Notes under the pieces: generated by a model
Seen by the model: only the letters and a program-made list of their open reading frames with translations
Told to the model about the DNA's origin: nothing
Database searches by the model: none
Position numbers and translations under genes: made by a program
Assembly: GCA_964016885.1 (NCBI GenBank)
Contig: CAXHJY010000689.1
Span: 62,001-126,000, forward strand
From: Eledone cirrhosa
Lineage: Eukaryota
Length of the DNA: 64,000 nt
Reading direction: 5' to 3'
Shown here: positions 15,038-26,745 of the stretch, one piece after another
How the letters are laid out: each line of letters opens with the position of its first letter
How positions within the stretch are numbered: position 1 is the first letter of the stretch

Positions 15038-16530
15038 GCGGTGGTGGTGGTGGTTGTGGTGGTTGTGAAGGTGCTGGTGGAGGTGATAATGGTGGTGGTG
15101 GTGGCGGTAGTGATAGTGGTGGTGTTGGTTGTGAAGGTGCTGGTGGAGGTGATAATGGTGGTGGTGGTGGCGGTAGTGAGGGTGTTGGCAGTAGTGGTAG
15201 TGGTGGTGGTGGTGGTGGTGGTGATAATGGTGGTGGTGATGGCGGTAGTGAGGGTGTTGGTGTTGGTTGTGGTGGTGGTTGTGAAGGTGCTGGTGGAGGT
15301 GATAATGGTGGTGGTGATGGCGGAGTGAGGGTGTTGGCAGTAGTGATAGTGGTGGTGCTGGTGGTGGTGATGGCGGTAGTGAGGGTGTTGGCAGTAGTGA
15401 TAGTGGTGGTGGTGGTAGTGAGGGTGTTGGCAGTAGTGGTGATAATGGTGGTGGTGATGGCGGTAGTGAGGGTGTTGGCAGTAGTGATAGTGGTGGTGGT
15501 GGTAGTGAGGGTGTTGGCAGTAGTGGTGATAATGGTGGTGGTGATGGCGGTAGTGAGGGTGTTGGCAGTAGTGATAGTGGTGGTGGTGGTAGTGAGGGTG
15601 TTGGCAGTAGTGGTGGTGGTGATGGCGGTAGTGAGGGTGTTGGCAGTAGTGATAGTGGTGGTGGTGGTAGTGAGGGTGTTGGCAGTAGTGGTGGTGGTGA
15701 TGGCGGTAGTGAGGGTGTTGGCAGTAGTGGTGGTGGTGATAATGGTGGTGGTGATGGCGGTAGTGAGGGTGTTGGCAGTAGTGATAGTGGTGGTGGTGGT
15801 GGTGGTGGTGGTGATAATGGTGGTGGTGATGGCGGTAGTGAGGGTGTTGGCAGTAGTGATAGTGGTGGCGGTGGTGGTAGTGATGGTGCTGGTGGAGGTG
15901 ATAATGGTGGTGGTGATGGCGGTAGTGAGGATGTTGGTGGTAGTGATAGTGGTGGTGGTTGTAGTGGTTGTGGTGGTGGTGGTGGTTGTGTTGGTGCTGT
16001 TGGTGGTTGTGGGGTGGGTAGTGGTTGTTCAGTTGGTAGTGTAGGTTGTATTGGTTTTGTTGGTTGTGTTACTGGTGCTGTTGATGGTGGTGGTGGTTGT
16101 GTTGGTGGTGGTGGTGAAGTAGGGTTATTGGTGTGTTGGTGGTGGTGGTTCTGTGGGGTTATTGGTGTGTTGGTGGTGGTGGTGAAGTAGGGTTATTGGT
16201 GTGGTGGTGGTGGTGGTGAAGTGGGGTTATTAGTGTGGTGGTGGTGGTGGTGGTGTCGAAGCAGGTTATTTGTAGTGATGGTGGTCCTGCTGTTGATGCT
16301 TTAATGATAGCACTAGTATTGGTGGTGGTGGTGGTGGTGGTATCGATGGTGGGTGTGGTGAGACTGCGGGTGTCGTGGGCTGTGACCATCGTCGCGAATG
16401 TGGAGAATGTAACAATGGTATTGTGTAGTGATGATGGCGGTGGTGGTGTGCAATGATTTGGTACTTATTGGTGGTGGTGGTGTAGTCATTTGGTACTAGC
16501 GGTGGCGGTAGCGGTGTGATAATTTAGCAC
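15038..16530. repeat. (GTG)n-based compound repeat with gatggcggtagtgagggtgttggcagtagt units
   Basis: Directly visible. Confidence 0.9.
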
Positions 16531-16544
16531 TAGTATTGTTGATG

Positions 16545-18722
16545 GTGGTGGTGTAGTGGTGTGGTACTAGTACTGTTGGTGGTGTAGTGGTGTGGTACTA
16601 GTACTGTTGGTGGTGGTGGTGTAGTGGTGTGGTACTAGTACTGTTGGTGGTGGTGTAGTGGTGTGGTACTAGTACTGTTGGAGGTGGTGGGGTAGTGATT
16701 TGGTACTAGTACTGTTGGTGGTGGTGGTGTAGTGGTGTGGTACTAGTACTGTTGGTGGTGGTGGGGTAGTGATTTGGTACTAGTACTGTTGGTGGTGGTG
16801 GTGTAGTGGTGTGGTACTAGTACTGTTGGTGGTGATGGTGTAGTGGTGTGGTACTAGTACTGTTGGTGGTGATGGTGTAGTGGTGTGGTACTAGTACTGT
16901 TGGTGGTGGTGGTGTGGTGGTGTGGTACTAGTATTGTTGATGGTGGTGGTGTAGTGGTGTGGTACTAGTACTGTTGGTGGTGATGGTGTAGTGGTGTGGT
17001 ACTAGTACTGTTGGTGGTGATGGTGTAGTGGTGTGGTACTAGTATTGTTGATGGTGGTGGTGTAGTGGTGTGGTACTAGTACTGTTGGTGGTGGTGGTGT
17101 AGTGGTGTGGTACTAGTACTGTTGGTGGTGATGGTGTAGTGGTGTGGTACTAGTACTGTTGGTGGTGATGGTGTAGTGGTGTGGTACTAGTACTGTTGGT
17201 GGTGATGGTGTAGTGGTGTGGTACTAGTACTGTTGGTGGTGATGGTGTAGTGGTGTGGTACTAGTACTGTTGGTGGTGGTGGTGTAGTGGTGTGGTACTA
17301 GTACTGTTGGTGATGATGGTGTAGTGGTGTGGTACTAGTACTGTTGGTGGTGATGGTGTAGTGGTATGGTACTAGTACTGTTGGTGGTGGTGGTGTAGTG
17401 GTGTGGTACTAGTACTGTTGGTGGTGATGGTGTAGTGGTGTGGTACTAGTACTGTTGGTGGTGATGGTGTAGTGGTGTGGTACTAGTACTGTTGGTGGTG
17501 ATGGTGTAGTGGTGTGGTACTAGTATTGTTGATGGTGGTGGTGTAGTGGTGTGGTACTAGTACTGTTGGTGGTGGTGGTGTAGTGGTGTGGTACTAGTAC
17601 TGTTGGTGGTGATGGTGTAGTGGTGTGGTACTAGTACTGTTGGTGGTGATGGTGTAGTGGTGTGGTACTAGTATTGTTGATGGTGGTGGTGTAGTGGTGT
17701 GGTACTAGTACTGTTGGTGGTGATGGTGTAGTGGTGTGGTACTAGTACTGTTGGTGGTGGTGGTGTAGTGGTGTGGTACTAGTACTGTTGGTGGTGATGG
17801 TGTAGTGGTGTGGTACTAGTACTGTTGGTGGTGATGGTGTAGTGGTGTGGTACTAGTACTGTTGGTGGTGGTGGTGTAGTGGTGTGGTACTAGTACTGTT
17901 GGTGGTGATGGTGTAGTGGTGTGGTACTAGTACTGTTGGTGGTGATGGTGTAGTGGTGTGGTACTAGTACTGTTGGTGGTGATGGTGTAGTGGTGTGGTA
18001 CTAGTACTGTTGGTGGTGATGGTGTAGTGGTGTGGTACTAGTACTGTTGGTGGTGATGGTGTAGTGGTATGGTACTAGTACTGTTGGTGGTGGTGGTGTA
18101 GTGGTGTGGTACTAGTACTGTTGGTGGTGATGGTGTAGTGGTGTGGTACTAGTACTGTTGGTGGTGGTGGTGTAGTGGTGTGGTACTAGTACTGTTGGTG
18201 GTGATGGTGTAGTGGTGTGGTACTAGTACTGTTGGTGGTGATGGTGTAGTGGTGTGGTACTAGTACTGTTGGTGGTGATGGTGTAGTGGTGTGGTACTAG
18301 TACTGTTGGTGGTGGTGGTGTAGTGGTGTGGTACTAGTACTGTTGGTGGTGATGGTGTAGTGGTGTGGTACTAGTACTGTTGGTGGTGGTGGTGTAGTGG
18401 TGTGGTACTAGTACTGTTGGTGGTGGTGGTGTAGTGGTGTGGTACTAGTACTGTTGGTGGTGATGGTGTAGTGGTGTGTTTCTAGTACTGTTGGTGGTGA
18501 TGGTGTAGTGGTGTGGTACTAGTACTGTTGGTGGTGATGGTGTAGTGGTGTGGTACTAGTACTGTTGGTGGTGATGGTGTAGTGGTGTGGTACTAGTACT
18601 GTTGGTGGTGGTGGTGTAGTGGTGTGGTACTAGTACTGTTGGTGGTGGTGGTGTAGTGGTGTGGTACTAGTACTGTTGGTGGTGATGGTGTAGTGGTGTG
18701 GTACTAGTACTGTTGGTGGTGG
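16545..18722. repeat. Homogeneous 37 bp minisatellite, about 59 copies
   Basis: Unit ggtggtgatggtgtagtggtgtggtactagtactgtt, containing the palindrome GTACTAGTAC. Confidence 0.95.
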
Positions 18723-19365
18723 TGTAGTTGTAGTGATGGTGGTAGTGTAGTTGTAGTGGTGGTGGTGGTGTAGTTGTAGTGGTGGTGGTGTAGTTGTTGT
18801 GGTGGTGGTGTAGTTGTAGTGGTGGTGTGTGGTGGTGTAGTTGTAGTGGTGCTGCTGATGGTGGTGGTGTAGTTGTAGTGGTGGTGGTGTAGTTGTGGTG
18901 GTGTAGTTGTAGTGGTGGTGGTGGTGTAGTTGTAGTGGTGCTGCTGATGGTGGTGTAGTTGTAGTGGTGGTGCTGATGGTGGTGATGATGGTGGTGATGG
19001 AGGTGGTGTAGTTGTAGTGGTGGTGATGGTGGTGGTGTAGTTGTAGTGGTGGTGGTGGTGTAGTTATAGTGGTGGTGATGGTGGTGGTGTAGTTGTAGTG
19101 GTGGTGGTGTAGTGGTGGTGGTGGTGGTGTAGTTGTAGTGGTGGCGATGGTGGTGGTGTAGTTGTAGTGGCGGTGGTGTAGTGGTGGTGGTGGTGGTGGT
19201 GTAGTTGTAGTGGTGCTGCTGATGGTGGTGGTGGTGGAGGAGGAGGATGTTAGGAGATGGAAGATGGAAAGATAACAGGAAGGAAAATCAGTTTGTGGTT
19301 TCCTTGGATTTGATTAACTATTCTCTTCATATTGTCTTATTTATTTCCAATATATTTATTATTTA

Positions 19366-20100
19366 TCGTGTGTATATAAAATTAAGTATGTGTGTGTGTG
19401 TCTGTGTGTCTGTGTATTACCTATAGGGGCCTACATCTTACGACCGATTTTCATGAAACTTTACAGGCTCATAGATTAGTCATCGGGGAGTGTTTTCTAT
19501 ATATCAGCGTATGGTTTTTTTTTATTACGCGGTCATTCTACAGATAAAAATCGATAGGGGGCACCTTTTTTTAGGTATCGAAAAATAAGATTTTTGGCTC
19601 TAGCGCCCACATTTTGCCACCGATTTCGTTCAAATTTTAAAGCAAAATAGAATTTATCATTGCACATCCTGTAATGGCTTTATATTTTGCATTTGTTGTT
19701 CGGGGACGGCGTGGCAGCCGCTTAAATACTAAAAAATACCATTTTTAGACTCAAATTTCCACTTTTTCGACTCTAGCTCCCACATTATTCAACCTACTTT
19801 GTTCAAAGTTTACACTACGCTAGATCTGATTATTTCACGTCTTAAAGTGGCTTTACATTTTAGACTTTTTGTTCAGGAACGGCGTGGCAGCCGCTTAAAT
19901 ATTCGAAAATATCACCTTTTCGCTCAAATTTCCGCCTTTTGGGCTCTAGCTTCCACATTTTTCAACCGATTCCGTTCAAGTTCGAAACTCCCTCCCTCAC
20001 CGTGCCCCTTCGTCAGTCACCCGCGTTTCTCAGTGATAGTGGTCATCACCACCCTCCCCCGCATGGCCTGTGTGTGGCCATAGATGGGTACTGTTGCTAG
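19366..20100 (+). mobile_element. Non-autonomous Helitron
   Basis: 5' tatataaaa...(tgtc)n and accgattttcatgaaacttt motif, three internal repeats of about 172 bp, and a 3' end gggtactgttgCTAG followed by T. Confidence 0.7.
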
Positions 20101-20145
20101 TATATATATGTAGAACAGTGGAAGATAATATCCTTAGTGGTATAT

Positions 20146-20206
<61 letters not shown>

Positions 20207-20216
20207 CATACAGATA

Positions 20217-20311
20217 CAGGGTATTCCTCAAAAATGTATACACATTTTGATTACCTGTACAGGAAATATATATTAGAATGATGTATATATATACATTTTT
20301 GGGACACCTTT
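20217..20311. mobile_element. Tc1/mariner-like MITE, about 95 bp
   Basis: Imperfect TIRs CAGGGTATTCCTCAAAAATGTATA / TATACATTTTTGGGACACCTTT, flanked by TA. Confidence 0.65.
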
Positions 20312-20518
20312 TATAAATATTTTTTCTTCTTATAAAGACATATACATACATACATACATACATGTGGGTTTGTGTAGATATATACTGTATGTGTGAGTGC
20401 ATGTGTTTGTGTGTGTGTATATATATGTGTGTGTGTGTGTGTATATGAGGGTGTGTGTATATATGTGGGTGTGTATATATATTTGTGTGTGTGTGTATAT
20501 ATATATATATGTATGTGC

Positions 20519-20589
<71 letters not shown>

Positions 20590-20906
20590 TACATAAACGG
20601 AGAAAGCTATTAGCGAAACTCCGGCCAAATTCCAACTCACTCAACAAACATTAGGAAATACCTGAGTATATTCCCAATTAAACATTTGGCGTGCTAACTA
20701 TATTGTATTGTGTGGATAATTGGCTGTATTATTTCATATGAGTTATATCAAATATCTCATTTCCCAGACGAATCGTTTCATCATAAGATTTCTACAAGGT
20801 GGGTGAAATTATACCAAGTTATGTAGAAGCTTGTGTAAGATCAATAGATACTTATTCAAGTGGGCTCTTATAAATCTTCTTCTTATATATATATATATAT
20901 ATATAT

Positions 20907-21133
20907 GTAGATAAATCTACCAAAATGTACGGTAATGTCCAATCCGTATGAAGAACTCAATGTAATCCGAATATCATGAAAAGAGAAGATGTATTCAAAA
21001 AATTTTTTCGGGGAAAAATAACGGAAAACAGAGTCAAGATAAATAATAAAATAATGAATAAACAAAGAAACAGTTCCTTATATGAAGTTTTTAATATAAG
21101 GAACTGTTTCTTTGTTTATTCATTATTTTATTA

Positions 21134-21136
<3 letters not shown>
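20907..21136 (-). mobile_element. Hairpin+tail cassette (family D)
   Basis: 40 bp perfect inverted repeat (21044-21083 / 21094-21133) plus a tail, between (TA)n runs. Confidence 0.75.
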
Positions 21137-21184
<48 letters not shown>

Positions 21185-21744
21185 AGAGTATTGAAGTTTG
21201 CTTGAACCATTGTGGAATAATAAGGTAAAATTTCTTTAAGTCGTTTGGAAGCTTCGATAATGCAGATGGGTAAATCTCCGGTTAACAAGATCCGGTGGTG
21301 GAGAGAGAGATGTAAGTGGGTGTACGTTGAGATGCGTGGCGTGTATAAGACGTGTAGAGGAATGAAGGAAAGAGCGTAAAGGATAAAAATAAAAATAACA
21401 ACACGAGAGAGAGTTACCTTGGGAGAGATTTAATTGTCCCTATATATTTCGGATTCACATCCATCAACTGGGGGTTTTATATATATAAAGTTAAAGGACC
21501 CATTCGGGATTAACTCCTAACCTCAAATATGGATTCATATCCCTAGAAGTCGTTCTGAAGCTGGTCTAAATTGCAGTTACCATATTTAGTCCCAAAGTGC
21601 AATCTGTCCTTATATTTTTACCTTGGTTTTCAAACACATCTTTCAAACTTACAATAATCTGTCTTGTTTTCAGCATTTCTAAACTCTCTTAATATCTGCA
21701 AGCATTCTTTCCTTGAGAACTAAGAATTTCAGTTCTCAATTTCA

Positions 21745-21935
21745 GAAATAATTGGACACAAGGCCAGCAATTTTGGGGGAGGGGAAAGTCGATTAAATCG
21801 ACGCCAGTGCGTGACTGGTACTTTATTTTATCGACCCCGTACGGATGAATGGCAAAGCTAACCTCGGCGGGAATTGAACTCAGAACGTAAATGGCCGTAA
21901 CTCTGTGCCATGAAGCTCTACCGATTCTGTCAATT
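21745..21935 (-). mobile_element. Family-2 SINE, long form
   Basis: Retains the gtcgatttaatcgactttcccctcccccaa segment that the short subfamily lacks. Confidence 0.8.
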
Positions 21936-22978
21936 TTTGAAATAATAATAATACTTTTTGGCTTACTATATATCTTCTTTAGCAATAGAACCAGTCTTAT
22001 GGAATTAAGACGAATTTTCTTTAGTGTAAATAGGGATTTTCTCAATTGGCGTCTTCTTGATGAAGAATAGCTATTTAATTTTCGAACGCACACACACACA
22101 TAAAACTATAAATTTATGTAGCTATCCTAGTTGTGGTTAGAACATATTAAATCTCCTTAGTGAGCACTTTAAATGTTGGCTAAATTAAAACGGCTACAGG
22201 AAAGGAGAATGAAATTCTGAGGTTAATGATTATGCTTCGCTGAGGAGATCTGTTAAGAACGAAACATGTCCATTACTTTTACTAAGTTAGACTTTAAACA
22301 ACCTCCACCCCGACTACATTGTATTAAATTGTTCGAAAAGACTTGGATCAGTTCAGGATAAATGATTTCTCTTCATTATCTGAAACAAACGCCAAAGGAT
22401 GTTTTTAACTGGAGATTGCGAGGATAGTTTTAATCTTCTGAAGTTTTTCTCATTCACTATATTCAGACAGCGTGATTCTATTTGTATGTATACATTTCAT
22501 TTAGGGCGCTCCCCTCAGCCATTTATTTATTCCCCCTCCTCCTTATATACACACACATACACACATACATACATACATACATACATACATACATACATAC
22601 ATACATACATACATACATACATACATACATACATACATACATACAATATATATATATATGTAATGAAAAATAAAAGTTACGGCGAAAGAAAGGGGTATCC
22701 TTGTCAGTTGTCTACTAGGAATCATTGGTATTTCTTCGCGTTAGAGACAATATACCTCAGCCTAGGGCGAACAATAACTAAAATAAGTTATTGGGATAAA
22801 ATAAGGGGGGGGGGGAGAGAAAAACATGTAAACAGACACGAAGGGTGAAGCAACGTAAAGAGAGGAAAATTAGGAAATTGTATTTATATATATATATATA
22901 TATATATATAAATACAATTTCCTATATATATATATATATACCAAGATAAATGGAAACTATATTTATAAAACCATATTT

Positions 22979-23040
22979 ATTTTAATATATATATTTCAAG
23001 GGCGACCAAGCAAATTTGGTGCGCTTTCATCAGATAAAAT
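22979..23040 (-). ncRNA. Type I hammerhead ribozyme motif
   Basis: Minus strand: attttat-CTGATGA-aagcgcaccaa(atttgc)ttggtcgccctt-GAAA-tatata-TA-ttaaaat. Stem I has one mismatch. Confidence 0.6.
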
Positions 23041-23057
23041 ACAAAATTTGTTTCATA

Positions 23058-23238
23058 AATAATTGTTTCTACTTTAGGCACAAGGCCAGCAATTATCCAG
23101 TACATTACTGGTACTTTATTTTATCAACCCCGTAAGGATGAAAGGCAAAGTCAACCTCGGCGGGATTTGAACTCAGATCGTAAAGGGACGTAACTATGCT
23201 GGAAAGCATGGCGTCCGACCCTCTACCGATACTGCCAA
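23058..23238 (-). mobile_element. Family-2 SINE, short subfamily
   Basis: Nearly identical to 5195-5375. Confidence 0.9.
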
Positions 23239-23277
23239 ACCCATGTAAATCACACCTTAACGGTCCGAAGATTCGCT

Positions 23278-23407
<130 letters not shown>

Positions 23408-23603
23408 AGAATCAATATATACATAACCATAAAAAGTATCCTTAATACTATATATATATATATATACGTTCGTACATGCATACATACACACATACACATA
23501 CATATATACTTATACATACATATATACATACGCATATATATATATATATATATATATATTACTTCAAAATATTAACAAATATAGACATTCGTGTAATCAA
23601 GTA

Positions 23604-23669
23604 TATTTTATTATACATATTTCAGAAGTACTGAGCTATCTTCAACAGTACGCCCTCATCAGATAAAAT
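23604..23669 (-). ncRNA. Type I hammerhead ribozyme motif (left arm)
   Basis: Minus strand: attttat-CTGATGA-gggcgtactg...cagtacttct-GAAA-tatgta-TA-ataaaat. Confidence 0.7.
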
Positions 23670-24155
23670 GATGCTTGACATACCTTGACTAAGTAGATGG
23701 TTAAAATTCAGTCATGGCAGTGAATAAGATAGGACAAAACTCAATATTTATATACCTTAAGATTGAGACATGAAAAAATTACATATAATACAGAGGGTGC
23801 GTGTGAGAAAGCTTATAAAGATACATAATAATAAACAACTACTAATATAATATAAACCTACATAACTGTTAGAAATTTAAATAATTTAAATTATTGAAGA
23901 AAGAAGTGAAAGACAGAGAGAGAAACAGATGAGGAAAAAGAGAATGACTAAAAGTATAGAATTATCTTATGCACGAAAGGAAAAGAAAATTGATTAAGGA
24001 TAGAGAGAGGAGGAGAAAATAATTTTTATTGTATAAAACATATATAGTATAAAACATATCTTAAGGTATATAAATATTGAGTTTTGTCCTATCTTATTCA
24101 CTGCCATGACTCAATTTTAACCATCTACTTAGTCAAGGTATGTCAAGCATCATCT

Positions 24156-24222
24156 TATTTTATCTGATGAGGACGTACTGTTGAAGATAGCTCAGTACCT
24201 CTGAAATATGTATAATAAAATA
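24156..24222 (+). ncRNA. Type I hammerhead ribozyme motif (right arm)
   Basis: TATTTTAT-CTGATGA-ggacgtactg(ttgaagatagct)cagtacctct-GAAA-tatgta-TA-ATAAAATA. Perfect 8 bp stem I; predicted cleavage after A24214. Confidence 0.75.
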
Positions 24223-24459
24223 TACTTGATCACACGAATGTCTATATTTGTTAATATTTTGAATTAATATTAATAACTCCGGAAAACCATTACTGTGGAG
24301 TGCTTCTAATCTATTGTAAAGCTTTATTCATTGATTTAATCATTGAACCTTGTTTAACCTTTAAATATATATATATATATATATATAAATATATATATAT
24401 ATACGCATATATATATATATATATATATATGCATATATATATATATATATATATATATA

Positions 24460-24522
<63 letters not shown>

Positions 24523-25445
24523 TACGTAATCTGGTATTCTTTCACAGCTTTTAGCCATTTAACTGCAGTTCAAGAATGCATGTTTGTGTGTGTGTGCGAC
24601 TAGAAATTACAAGCCAAGCAAAGATAGATGACATATATTGTATCTTATAGAATGCTATGATAATGTATGAATATATATATAGTCGGTTGTTATGTGCTAT
24701 GTGAGACAGTATCGGTAGTTACGTATGCCATAGTATGATGACGTACGGTAAATGTTTGTATTGTGTTATAGGTAAATACATAGTGTTGTACTGTGACACA
24801 ATATGTCATCTGATATTTAGTAGACATATTCAGGACCTATAAATGGAATAGGGGTTCTGACAATACATTGGACCGGGGTCTAGGGATCCAAAGAATATCG
24901 CTCCTCATGCAATTTGAGAAGAGAACCCATACATCCAACTCGGGGTCCTGAAAGCAGTCATACCCCGCCTTGCAGACATTCTTTTGGAGTTCCTGGATTT
25001 ATGATCGAAGTTGCTCCCGTTATGACTCTGCCATCTTTTTACGGGGTATACTTACAACTATATTAACGAATTCAAACTTCACTATTAAAACAGTGACATG
25101 TGATATGAGGATAGTTAGCTACTATTTCTTGTAGATCAAATGATGACTCCTATTCCTGGATTTTTCTCCGTCATCGGCTCATGTGTTAGAATAAGGGTTT
25201 CTTGTTTAGGTACAAGACCAACACTTTTAAGGGAGGGATAGTCGATTAAATCGACCTAACTGCGTTACTGGTACTTTATTTTGTCGACCCCTGTAAGGAT
25301 GAAAGATAACAGCTAGCCTCGGCGTGATTTTAACTCAGAACGTAAAAGAGCGTAACTCTATGCCGTGGTGCTTAAAGTAATAACAATACATCACTGGTGG
25401 GTTCCATCTCCACCAAGAATAATAATGTTCACACACAAACACACA

Positions 25446-25538
<93 letters not shown>

Positions 25539-25706
25539 TCTTTTCATGTCTATAGGCTATTTCAGCCATTACATCTATGGCCATAGCCATTCCGATTATT
25601 TACTTCCTTCAGGCTAGAATGCTCCATGTTTTGGTTCTGTTTCCACTTCTTATCCAGAGGTCCATGAGTTATCAAAATTGTATTGTTAGCTGATGGATGA
25701 ACGAAT

Positions 25707-25819
<113 letters not shown>

Positions 25820-26251
25820 ACGGTGTAATTAATACATTACAGCAGTTTCCATAGTTTCGATTCTAATAACTTACGAAAGACATCTGTATCAATATGTGTA
25901 TCATTTCAGCAAATAATATATAATGTGTTTTTGTGCGCGTGCATGCGTGCGTTTGTGTGTGGGAGGGAGAGTTGGCGTTCTGTTGCCTTGGTTACAGTGT
26001 TGAAGCCAGAGTCAGTAGCCACAGGTTTCAATAATAGCTCTTGTCGTACTTACATATTAAAACACTGACACCCACACAATATAGGTATGCGCTTAAATAT
26101 AAATATACGCACCTCACTCTTGCTCTCCATACACACATAAATATATATATATATATTTATATATATATATATTTATATATATATATATATCCCCTGTGTG
26201 TGCGCAGGTGAAATTCCAGATTAACAAAACTCACTATTTAGCCATAATAAA

Positions 26252-26293
<42 letters not shown>

Positions 26294-26464
26294 TTTATTA
26301 TATATATAATATTTGTGTTCTACACAGCTTTGTGGGTATAATTTGAATTGTAAGATATAAGTTATATTCAACATAGACTTCAACCACCAACAAAACCACT
26401 ACTACTAACAACAACAACATCAACAACACATTCCATGAAGTCTCCAGACTTTCATATTATTCAT

Positions 26465-26529
<65 letters not shown>

Positions 26530-26550
26530 TCTGTATTTACTGCTTACTCT

Positions 26551-26745
26551 TTAAGGGTTAGTTCGCCTCGTGATATCGGTGGACACAACGGAGAAGACAT
26601 TGCTCTGGAGGATGGCAAGGGAAATGCGCTGGAAGAGTCACTCAACCTCGCGGGATTTACACTTGCGGGTAGCCAACTCCACTCCGATAGCAGTGCGTAG
26701 GTATGTGGTCCTAGGGTCAAGAATGTCGTATGTATTCAATCCTAC
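26551..26745 (-). mobile_element. 3' remnant of a CRE-like non-LTR retrotransposon
   Basis: Minus strand translates ...AIGVELATRKCKSREVE*LFQRISLAILQSNVFSVVSTDITRRTNP*, and runs into (CA)n. Confidence 0.7.

Larger units (their letters stand above)
23563..24364 (+). mobile_element. (TA)n-flanked inverted-repeat cassette with a hammerhead in each arm (putative Penelope-like inverted pLTR)
   Basis: About 23563-23763 is the reverse complement of about 24058-24263, followed by a 100 bp tail into (TA)n. Confidence 0.8.
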
